Positions 40,231 to 48,486 of a stretch of DNA of 64,000 bases are shown here, in pieces. Numbering within the stretch: position 1 is the stretch's first letter; the number at the start of each line of letters is the position of its first letter. The DNA is from a bacterium (lineage in GTDB: Bacteria > UBA8248). Made by a program: the position numbers and the translations under genes. The notes beneath the pieces were generated by a model. That model worked only from the letters and a program-made list of their open reading frames with translations, was not told the DNA's origin and made no database searches. The DNA lies in assembly GCA_965219955.1 (NCBI GenBank), contig OZ244799.1:1824001-1888000 (forward strand), given 5' to 3'.

Positions 40231-40530
40231 ATGCCGAAACCCAGACCCGAAGCGAGTACTTTCCTCACCCACCTGTTCGGCCGAGGCCTCGAGGACGAGC
40301 GCTACGAAGTGAAACGCTACAAGTCCGCCGATGGCGACATCAGGCCCCTCCCCCCGGAAGAGCCGAAGAACGGGGCGCGGCGCAGGCGCGTGACCGCCTC
40401 GCGCCGTGCGGTCCGCGAGATGCGGCCCGCCCGGGACGAACTCATCGTCTGCACGGGGCTCCGCGTCCCCGGCAGCGGGCTGCAGCTCTGGGGCGAGCAC
40501 CTCGTGTGGGCCCGGATGCTCACCCGGTGA
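40231..40530 (+). CDS. Hypothetical 99-aa basic protein
   Basis: AGGAGG RBS; its 5' part is duplicated at ~36050. Confidence 0.5.
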   Translation: MPKPRPEASTFLTHLFGRGLEDERYEVKRYKSADGDIRPLPPEEPKNGARRRRVTASRRAVREMRPARDELIVCTGLRVPGSGLQLWGEHLVWARMLTR

Positions 40531-40625
40531 GGGAGTCCCTCCCGGGGAGGACTTCCGCCCGCAAGACGTCTTGCCGGCCAAGCGTCGACAGTATGGATTC
40601 CATTCACACCAGGGAGGGAGACGGA

Positions 40626-41435
40626 GTGCCACATAGGGACCTTGAAACAAGACGAGCGTACGAGCGTGAGCGCCACCGCCGGCGCACCGCCGACCGACTC
40701 GCGCGGGGTCTGTGTCCCCGATGCGGAAAGATTCCTCCCGCGCCGGGGCGCAGTCTGTGCGAATCCTGCCTTGAGAGGGACCGGGAGACCCGACGCGCCC
40801 GATACGCCGAAGCCCGAGCGGGGGGAGCCCCATATGGTGGACGCGACCCCGAGAGCCGCCGCCGCATGGCGCGCGAGAGGGCGAGGAAGCGCAGGCGCGA
40901 GCGGGTGGAGGCCGGCTTGTGCCCGCGCTGCGGACGCGAGCCCGTCGAGGCTGGTGCCGTCTGCGAATCCTGCCGGGAGACGAGGCGCGCTGAAGATCGA
41001 AAGCTCTACGCCGCCAGGAGAGCGAAAGGGCTTTGCGGACGGTGCGGTGCGGAAGTCGTCGATGAGGCTTCGACGTGCGCTTCATGCGCCGCGCGCGATG
41101 AGGCGCGCTCATCGAAAAAGAACGCCGCCAGCAGGAAGCGCTATCACGACAGGCGAGCCCTCGGACTTTGCGTCGACTGCGGTGCCAATGCGGACGCAGG
41201 GGTGAGATGTACTCCCTGCGCGCGCCGATCATATCTTTCATCAAGCGAGCACAAGGGGATGCCCATCCATCCGCCGAGCTACACCGTGGTTGAACTAGCC
41301 ACGGGTGCCGAGCACGGACCTCTCGACTCCTGGGAGGAGGTCGCCATGTGCCTCGCCTTCGAGAAGCTCTCCCGCGAGGAGGTGGAAATCATCGAGGACG
41401 CTCCCTTAACGGCAAACCTGACAGCTTGGGAGTGA
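40626..41435 (+). CDS. Arg-rich protein with four tandem Cys4 zinc-finger repeats
   Basis: GLCPRCG..CESC twice, GLCGRCG..CASC, GLCVDCG..CTPC; acidic C-terminal domain. Confidence 0.75.
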   Translation: MPHRDLETRRAYERERHRRRTADRLARGLCPRCGKIPPAPGRSLCESCLERDRETRRARYAEARAGGAPYGGRDPESRRRMARERARKRRRERVEAGLCPRCGREPVEAGAVCESCRETRRAEDRKLYAARRAKGLCGRCGAEVVDEASTCASCAARDEARSSKKNAASRKRYHDRRALGLCVDCGANADAGVRCTPCARRSYLSSSEHKGMPIHPPSYTVVELATGAEHGPLDSWEEVAMCLAFEKLSREEVEIIEDAPLTANLTAWE

Positions 41436-41582
41436 GCGTCGCGGCCGGGCCTGCACTTGCAGCCGGCCTACCGTCTGCCGGGGCACGTGCCGCCGTCAGT
41501 CCTCCGGCGGGTTACTTGCAGCCGTCCGGCCGGGGAGGGGAGAAGGAAAGCGCCGCCCTGCTGCGCAGCCGGCGGGCCGCCG

Positions 41583-41954
41583 TCACCTGCCACGGACACA
41601 CCACCGCGAGAACCACCACCAGACCACCCAGGCCGGGAGGCTGAGAAGGACCGCACAGGCGGCTATCCAGAGCGGGCCGGGCAGTCCCGCCACCAGCGGC
41701 GCCGTTACCGCTCCAAGCCCCGCCCACGTCACCCAGGCGGCGCGGCGCCAACCCAGGCACCATATCTGCCGGCAAGCCAGGGCGAGGGGCAACCCGCACG
41801 GCGCCAGGGACGCCGCCGACCCCGGGAACATCGGCGTCCATGCCTCGGGCGCCGTCCAGAAGAGCACGGCGGCGGTCACGAACACCCCGAACGGCAGCCA
41901 CAAGAGAGCCACCAACCAGAAGCCGCTCCGTTTGATACCTCTTCGTCGGTCCAT
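41583..41954 (-). CDS. Small Trp-rich membrane protein
   Basis: About four hydrophobic segments. Confidence 0.55.
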   Translation of the reverse strand: MDRRRGIKRSGFWLVALLWLPFGVFVTAAVLFWTAPEAWTPMFPGSAASLAPCGLPLALACRQIWCLGWRRAAWVTWAGLGAVTAPLVAGLPGPLWIAACAVLLSLPAWVVWWWFSRWCVRGR

Positions 41955-42138
41955 TACTCATCTGACCCGAATCCAGGGCCAGGCACAAGCCCGGCGCGGT
42001 CCGCGAGCGTCCCTCACCGGTAGCGACCCTCCTCCCAAGAGGAAGAGCGAAGCTCGGAGCCGGGCAAAGGCCCGGAAGGGGAGAGGGAGACGGTCTCCCT
42101 CCCTCGCCGGGTGCGACAACCCGAGAGGAGGCCTGGAC

Positions 42139-42270
42139 ATGTACGAGAACGACTTCGACGTCGATGTTCCCACCCCAGACGAACTGCTCGCAGAGATCGG
42201 ACTCGACGCGTACACGATCCGCAGGATACGCGACGAGGCGGGGGGCGAGGAGGAGTTCTGCAGCATCTAG
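42139..42270 (+). CDS. 43-aa acidic peptide
   Basis: AGGAGG RBS; MYENDFDVDVPTPDELLAEIGL... Confidence 0.45.
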   Translation: MYENDFDVDVPTPDELLAEIGLDAYTIRRIRDEAGGEEEFCSI

Positions 42271-42349
42271 GACGAACCGGGGGGCCGGGAGAGAGGATTT
42301 CAGACTCCCCAACTTCATCATCCACACCACACTACGAAGGAGTATGAAA

Positions 42350-42796
42350 ATGGCATTCGGACTCAACAGAGCGGAACTGATCGGGCGCTTAGGCGCCGAC
42401 GTCACCATCAACCATCTCACGAGCGGCGGTCGCGTCGCGAACCTGTCCATCGCCACGGATGAGGGCTACGTCGACAAGCAGTCCGGCGAGCGGGTGGACA
42501 AGACCGAGTGGCACCGGGTCGTGACCTTCCAGCCCGGGCTGGTGGACATGTTCGAAAAGCACGCGAAGAAGGGACGCCTGGTCTACGTGGCGGGCAAGCT
42601 GCAGACCCGCCGCTGGAAGAAGGACGATGAGGACTCCGATCGGTTCTCGACCGAGATCCTCATCGCGCCGGGCGGGCGCGTCCAGTTCCTCGACAAGGCG
42701 AACGGGAACGGCAATGGCAACGGAAACGGCGCGCACGCCGAGACGGCGGACGTGGTGGCCACTGCGGGCGTAGTGGGCGAAGACATTCCATTTTGA
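42350..42796 (+). CDS. ssb: Single-stranded DNA-binding protein
   Basis: LNRAELIGRLGAD, KTEWHRVV, GKLQTRRW, C-terminal EDIPF. Confidence 0.93.
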   Translation: MAFGLNRAELIGRLGADVTINHLTSGGRVANLSIATDEGYVDKQSGERVDKTEWHRVVTFQPGLVDMFEKHAKKGRLVYVAGKLQTRRWKKDDEDSDRFSTEILIAPGGRVQFLDKANGNGNGNGNGAHAETADVVATAGVVGEDIPF

Positions 42797-42805
42797 GCGC
42801 TTCAT

Positions 42806-42839
42806 GGGCCGGCGCCTCGCGCGTCGGCCCTTTTCTTTT
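42806..42839 (+). terminator. Intrinsic terminator after ssb
   Basis: GGGCCGGCGC/GCGTCGGCCC stem followed by TTTTCTTTT. Confidence 0.75.
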
Positions 42840-43133
42840 GCTCGCTATCCAGAGGAAGTCCGCCCTGCCGGCTCTCTCCTCTACCGGGAACTCCTGAAGA
42901 ATCTCCGGTTCCGCGAACGATGAACCATGTTCCCGGAAGATCGGCATGCTCCTGTAATCACTCCATACTCAAGATAGTGGCTCGATCTACCCCCCGCTGC
43001 GGGAATTTCGGGCCGGAAAAGACGGCCCGAAATGACCCTTTCCGCAGCATGAGAGAATGTTTCCCGATGAGCTTCGCCTTCATCGTGAAACACCAAAGGC
43101 TCTTGTGTCCCGTTGGCGGTACTACCCTCTCTC

Positions 43134-43326
43134 TCTTAGCGCTCCCATTTTAGCACGCACGGCGCGGGGTCAAGGGTGCTTTTGCAAAGAACGCAAAAGC
43201 ATCTTTTTTCAGAAAAAATCGGTGAAGCGTGGATTTTTTCCGCTGCGCGCCCTCCGGGTGAAAAAAAGACTGAAAACCGCCCCTGACGCCCACGCCTACC
43301 ACGTGCTGAAAATGGGGGCGCTAAGA
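43134..43326 (+). promoter_or_regulatory. Large stem-loop, candidate single-stranded-DNA (Frpo-like) promoter
   Basis: TCTTAGCGCTCCCATTTTAGCACG pairs with CGTGCTGAAAATGGGGGCGCTAAGA; -35/-10-like boxes in the arms. Confidence 0.6.
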
Positions 43327-43361
43327 AGCGCATCCGTTAACTCTCTACGAAGGAGAAAGGC

Positions 43362-43736
43362 ATGGAAACCACCGTGGTGAACTTGAACGACTACGTTGCT
43401 CCCCAGTTCGGAGGCGGCTGTCTCGTCGTGATTGACCGCACGACGAAGTGGGGAAACCCCTTCCGCATCGGCAAGGACGGCTCCCGCAGCGAGGTCATCG
43501 AGAAATACCGGCGATGGCTCTGGGAAAAAATCAAGCGCGAGGAGCAGGACCTCCACGAACTCGCCGACCTCCAAGGCTGCGAGCTCGGCTGCCACTGCCA
43601 TCCCTTGCCGTGCCACGGCGACGTACTCGCGCGTGCTGCCGAGTGGGCCGCCGGGTATCTCGACGAGATGCCGAAAGAAGTGGGGCGCAACGAGCGTGGC
43701 TACGCTCTTCCCGAATTCAACCATCCCCTCGCCTGA
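43362..43736 (+). CDS. DUF4326-family protein
   Basis: IDRTTKWGNPF...LGCHCHPLPCHGDVL. Confidence 0.85.
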   Translation: METTVVNLNDYVAPQFGGGCLVVIDRTTKWGNPFRIGKDGSRSEVIEKYRRWLWEKIKREEQDLHELADLQGCELGCHCHPLPCHGDVLARAAEWAAGYLDEMPKEVGRNERGYALPEFNHPLA

Positions 43737-43757
43737 GGACAACGAAAGGAGTGAACG

Positions 43758-44708
43758 ATGACCGCCACCGAGACACACAAGGAGATGATCATGCACGAGG
43801 TCGACAACATCGAAGCGCAGAACGAATCCTTCACCGCCATGGTCTGCGAACAGGCAGCACTGTTCGGCGCGACTCCGGGGCCGGACGAGTTCGACAACCG
43901 GCCCGTCTGGGGCGAGGCGGAGTCCACCGCCGCCGTCCTCAAGGCCTTCGCCGCACTCGCGGAAGCTGCACCCGACGGCACGCAGTTAGCGGATGAGCGG
44001 GCGAGTCTCCTGTGGGGCTTCGTCAACACCCTCGACGCCCAGACACAGCGCCTCGACCGCGCCGCCGACAAACTCATCCCCGGCATCCGTGAACTCCAGC
44101 GCGAGCAGGACGGCTCCGAGATCAGGTCTCGCGAACTCGAACTCGCCACCGACCGCGCGCAAAACTTTAATGCTCGGCGTGATGCTTTTGAACAACTCCG
44201 TGACGCCGCCGCAGAGGCCTACCGCGTCGAGACCGGCGAGGTCTGGCGGCCCAGGCGAGGATCGCACGTCTCCCAGACCGGCAAGCTCACATCGGCGGTG
44301 ATCGAGGCGCGAGACTTCCAGCGCGCGAAAAAGGACCGCGAGAACACGGCCCACCTCCCCCAGGGAACCCTCGTCGCCGTCGCGGGCGGAAAGGAGGCGA
44401 ACGACGCGGGCAAAATCATCGCGCATCTCGACAAGGTCAAGGCCAAGTACGCCGACGTCGTTCTCGTCCACGGCGGCGGCCCCGGAGCCGAGAAGATTGC
44501 AGCCGGCTGGGCCGAGCGCAACGGCGTCCACCAGGTCGTCTGCAAACCGGATTGGGATGCGCATGGACGTGCGGCTCCTTTCCGGCGCAACGACGAGCTG
44601 CTCTCCCTCCTCCCCAAGGGCGTGGTCGCGTTCCCCGGCTCGGGCATCACCGACAACCTCGTCGACAAGGCCCGAAGCCTCGGCATCCCCGTTCAAAAAG
44701 TAGCGTGA
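43758..44708 (+). CDS. DUF2493 / YspA-like SLOG-domain protein
   Basis: VAVAGG, LVHGGGPGAE, AAPFRRND, VVAFPGSGIT; helical N-terminal extension typical of plasmid/ICE versions. Confidence 0.85.
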   Translation: MTATETHKEMIMHEVDNIEAQNESFTAMVCEQAALFGATPGPDEFDNRPVWGEAESTAAVLKAFAALAEAAPDGTQLADERASLLWGFVNTLDAQTQRLDRAADKLIPGIRELQREQDGSEIRSRELELATDRAQNFNARRDAFEQLRDAAAEAYRVETGEVWRPRRGSHVSQTGKLTSAVIEARDFQRAKKDRENTAHLPQGTLVAVAGGKEANDAGKIIAHLDKVKAKYADVVLVHGGGPGAEKIAAGWAERNGVHQVVCKPDWDAHGRAAPFRRNDELLSLLPKGVVAFPGSGITDNLVDKARSLGIPVQKVA

Positions 44709-44719
44709 CATGAACGCTC

Positions 44720-44759
44720 AACGAGTCGCGTCGTCGCCCCGGCGGCGCGGCTCGTTTTT
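44720..44759 (+). terminator. Probable intrinsic terminator
   Basis: AACGAGTCGCGTCGTC/GGCGGCGCGGCTCGTT stem followed by a T run. Confidence 0.65.
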
Positions 44760-45118
44760 CCCCTCGTTCGTTCCGCCGCTCTTCCTCGCATACTCCACTC
44801 GTCTCCATGCTCAATCGCCGCTGCGGCTCCCGCTCGTTATTCTCGCCGGCGAAAGTTCCCCCGACTCGTGTTCCATAAAATCCCTGCGCTTGCCGCCCGT
44901 CGGCGTTTCGTTCAGTACACCGGACGCAGCGGGCTGCACCAAGCGAGTCACGATCGAGCCATCCTCAGTAAGCGTATCCCTTTGTAAGGCAATTAGTTAG
45001 ACGGAATCACCCGGTCCACCGTCCTTGCCTGCGTGCCGTTTTCTCTTCCCGTAACCGCCGTCCCTGTTCCCTCGGAGCGGGCGGCCCTCATCAGGTAACC
45101 GGGAAAGGAGAAGAGCCC

Positions 45119-46258
45119 ATGCGCATCCACGCCACCATCAACGAAAGAACCCTGCGGCGCACCTTCAGGAAACAGGTGAAAGGAAAAAACGGCCTCACGG
45201 TCCAGGACCGCGACCTGCCCGAATTCGGCATCGAGGTCGCGAGGGACGGGAAGAACACCTTCTTCGTCCTGAAACCCGGCGGGGAGAGGCACGTCCTCGG
45301 CCCGGCGAACGCAATGACGGCCGCGGCGGACCGTGAGCAGGCCGCCGCCTTGCTCGAGGAGACGAAGGCCATGAGCGAGCACGGACCCCTGTTCGCCGAC
45401 TTCGCCTGTGAATTCATGCGTGGGCAGGGACGGCGCTGGAAGCAATCCACCCGCGAGGGCAATCGCCACCTGCTCCGCCGCTACATCCTGCCCTTCTTCG
45501 GCGCCATGCGCGTCGCCGACATCGCCCGCGCCGACGTCGCGCGCTGGTTCGACTCGATGAGCGCTACGCCGGGGAACGCAAACCGGGCCCTGCCCGTTCT
45601 CTCCGTCATGATGAAAGAAGCGGAACTCCGAGAACTGAGGCCACAGGGGTTGAACCCCTGCAGCGGCATGAGGCGCTACAGGATGAAGCCCCGCGAGCGT
45701 TTCTTGTCAGCTGAGGAGTTAAAGCGCCTGGGCTTCGTGCTCGACCATACAGAAGACGTAATGGCCGCGGCTGCGATCAGGCTCCTTCTGTTCACCGGCG
45801 CGCGATCGTCGGAGATCACGGGTCTCAAGTGGGAATGGATACGCGGGAGCCGCGCGCTCCTGCCCGACTCCAAGACGGGACCCAAGACGATCCAGTTGCC
45901 GCCGCCCGCGCGGGCGGTGCTGAACGCCCTCCCGCGCAAAGGCGAGTTCGTGTTCCCGAACAAGAAGAATGGTGGTCCGATGAGGGACCTGGGTCCCCGC
46001 TGGTGCAAGCTGCGCGGACTCGCCGGTCTTGATGACGTGCGCATCCATGACTGCCGCCACACGTTCGCCTCCCACGCCGTTATGAGCGGGCTGGACCTCT
46101 ATACCGTGGGCCGCCTGCTCGGCCACGCGGATACCGGCTCCACGGAGCGCTACGCCCATCTCGCGGATGAGCACGTCCGCGAGGCGGCGGGGCGCATCTC
46201 AGGCATCGTCCACGACGCGATGACCGGAAAGGGGAAGGAGGTGGAGCATGGCGCATAG
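45119..46258 (+). CDS. Tyrosine integrase (reduced arm domain)
   Basis: TGARSSE, DSKTG, HDCRH, LGH, RY. Confidence 0.9.
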   Translation: MRIHATINERTLRRTFRKQVKGKNGLTVQDRDLPEFGIEVARDGKNTFFVLKPGGERHVLGPANAMTAAADREQAAALLEETKAMSEHGPLFADFACEFMRGQGRRWKQSTREGNRHLLRRYILPFFGAMRVADIARADVARWFDSMSATPGNANRALPVLSVMMKEAELRELRPQGLNPCSGMRRYRMKPRERFLSAEELKRLGFVLDHTEDVMAAAAIRLLLFTGARSSEITGLKWEWIRGSRALLPDSKTGPKTIQLPPPARAVLNALPRKGEFVFPNKKNGGPMRDLGPRWCKLRGLAGLDDVRIHDCRHTFASHAVMSGLDLYTVGRLLGHADTGSTERYAHLADEHVREAAGRISGIVHDAMTGKGKEVEHGA

Positions 46259-47690
46259 ACATAAGAAAAAACGGCTCACGCACAAGACCATCGCCGCCGC
46301 GAAGCCGCGAGAGAGAGAATACACGCTTTGGGACGGGACGCTCGCCCACTTCGGACTCAGGGTGCATCCCTCGGGCGTCAAATCCTTCATCGTCCAGACC
46401 CGCGTCCGGGGACGGATGCGCAAGTTCACTCTGGGCCGTTACCCGGAAATCGGTGTCGAAAGAGCGAGAAAGGAGGCCGCCGCCCTCCTCGCCCGCCTGT
46501 GGGGAGGCGAGACAGTGGCTCCCCGACGCAGGAGGCGGGCGCCTCTGTTCAAAGACTTCGCAGCGCGCTACCGCGAAGGTCGAAAGAACCGCTGGAAACC
46601 GTCTTCGCTCGAGACCTTCGACGTCTACATGAAAAACCGCCTGATGCCGCATTTCGGCAAGCTCAGGCTCGACGCCATCGACCACAAGTGCGTCTCGGCG
46701 TGGTTCGATGCGGCGAGCGCGGACAGACCCGGCGCCGCCAACCGCGCCTTCGAGATCCTCCGCGCCATGCTGCGCACGGCGCGCCGGTGGGGCGAACTCG
46801 CAGAGGACTTCCCCGACGCCTGCGCCAACATAGCAAAGAACCCCCGGAAACCCGTCGCACGGTATCTCGGCGCAGAAGAATTGATGCGCCTGAACGCCGT
46901 GTTCGAACGACACCGGGATGAGCAACCCTGGGCGGTAGCGGCCCTGCGTCTCCTCACGCTTACCGGGGCGCGGCTCTCCGAAGTCGTGAACCTCAAACGG
47001 GAGGAGCTTGAAGAGGACGGCGTTAGCGTAAGGCTGGAAGATTCCAAGACCGGCCCGCGCACTCTGTGGTTCGGGTCCGAAGCGGCGGGTCTTCTGGCAG
47101 GGCTGCCCCGCCTGGAAGACACCGCGCGGGTGTTCCCCGAGGCTCTCACCCCCGACAGCCTCTACACGTTCTGGCGCGGCGTCAGGGAGGAAGCGGGACT
47201 GCCGGGTCTGCGCATTCACGATTTGCGCCACACCTGGGCGTCGCAAGGCGTAATGAACGGCGTCGGACTCACCACCGTCGGACGGCTGCTCGGGCACCGG
47301 AGACGTGAGACCACGGCCGTCTACGCCCATCTCGACGACGAAGCGCTCAGGGACGCCGCCGCGCAGGCGGCCTCCGTCATCGCCCACGCCATGAGATACA
47401 GCGCCTGCGTGCCTCCCTTGCCAGAGGAAGCGAATGATCCAGTAGGCGACAGGGAATTCGATTGGTTGAGCGAAGATGGGAGACGAGACGCGAAGCCTGG
47501 TCGATGTGAACCCGCCAAGACGACGGCTTCCCGCAGTGGGCCGGAACGGCCGAAGATGGGTGGGGACAGGGAGGAACTCGCCCGGGATATCGACCGGCTT
47601 CGGGCCGACTCCATCGGACCGGACGAGGACGCAACCAGTCAGGATGGGGCCAAACCTGCCCGGCCACTATGCCGGCTTCGCTGGTTTTGA
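46248..47690 (+). CDS. Tyrosine integrase with arm-binding domain and ~100-aa low-complexity tail
   Basis: WDGTLAHFGLRV; TGARLSE, DSKTG, HDLRH, LGH, VY. Confidence 0.9.
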   Translation: MAHRHKKKRLTHKTIAAAKPREREYTLWDGTLAHFGLRVHPSGVKSFIVQTRVRGRMRKFTLGRYPEIGVERARKEAAALLARLWGGETVAPRRRRRAPLFKDFAARYREGRKNRWKPSSLETFDVYMKNRLMPHFGKLRLDAIDHKCVSAWFDAASADRPGAANRAFEILRAMLRTARRWGELAEDFPDACANIAKNPRKPVARYLGAEELMRLNAVFERHRDEQPWAVAALRLLTLTGARLSEVVNLKREELEEDGVSVRLEDSKTGPRTLWFGSEAAGLLAGLPRLEDTARVFPEALTPDSLYTFWRGVREEAGLPGLRIHDLRHTWASQGVMNGVGLTTVGRLLGHRRRETTAVYAHLDDEALRDAAAQAASVIAHAMRYSACVPPLPEEANDPVGDREFDWLSEDGRRDAKPGRCEPAKTTASRSGPERPKMGGDREELARDIDRLRADSIGPDEDATSQDGAKPARPLCRLRWF

Positions 47691-47779
47691 TGCTCTGGTC
47701 GGTGCTTAGGCAGTATTGAATAACTGTAGGCCCGGGCATGCCTTTGTTCGGGTAGTTGTTTGCGTTACAAAACGCCATG

Positions 47780-48361
47780 TCAGTATTCAAACTTGGCGCA
47801 AATGCGATCAATAGTGTTTCTGTCAACATGCGGCAAACGAGCAGCAAGCATATCAGGCGAAATATCTCGGATACTGATGCCGGACTTCCTGATTCCCTTC
47901 ACCGCCACGGCAAGTTGCGGCATGCAACGGAAAACGAGGTCCTTTGCTGTATCGTAAAGGCCGTTGGATTTAGTATTCTTCTTGATATATTGCTTTACAG
48001 CATCGTCATGGAAGCGCGGTTCATTTTGAAACCACGTAGCCAAGCCTTCTTCAAGAAAATTTGTTGTGCCGCATACAGGGTCTAGTAGGTGCACGCATTC
48101 ATGGGCTACCTGCCACTTTCCCTGATCGGGTGAATAGTGTTCCCACGGAAAATCAGAAATATGGATATCAACGATACACCCACCATTCTTGTGGTACATA
48201 TTGGGGAAAAATGTGCGTGGTGTATTGTCCTCTGATTTTCGGATGGTGCCGAAAACGAATCTCGAATCGCAAGGACCAAATAAATCTTTAAGAATTTCCC
48301 GATATCTTCGGACCTCAAATTCAAGACTCTGTACGTAATTTTGTCTATTGATATCGTTCAT
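47780..48361 (-). CDS. Zincin-like metallopeptidase-domain protein
   Basis: AHECVH plus downstream LEEGLA; low GC. Confidence 0.6.
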   Translation of the reverse strand: MNDINRQNYVQSLEFEVRRYREILKDLFGPCDSRFVFGTIRKSEDNTPRTFFPNMYHKNGGCIVDIHISDFPWEHYSPDQGKWQVAHECVHLLDPVCGTTNFLEEGLATWFQNEPRFHDDAVKQYIKKNTKSNGLYDTAKDLVFRCMPQLAVAVKGIRKSGISIRDISPDMLAARLPHVDRNTIDRICAKFEY

Positions 48362-48486
48362 TTCTAAGTAACTATCCGAGTTTTTCGCTGAAATCAAGGT
48401 CGTCAAACCAAACTTCAACTGCAATGAAACCGCCTTGTTAATTCAGCCCCTACTTCCGAACTGGGAATAACTTAAAAAATATTGGT

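Noticed and set aside
42701-42730. NGNGNGNG repeat in ssb
   Set aside because: Ordinary low-complexity linker of SSB tails
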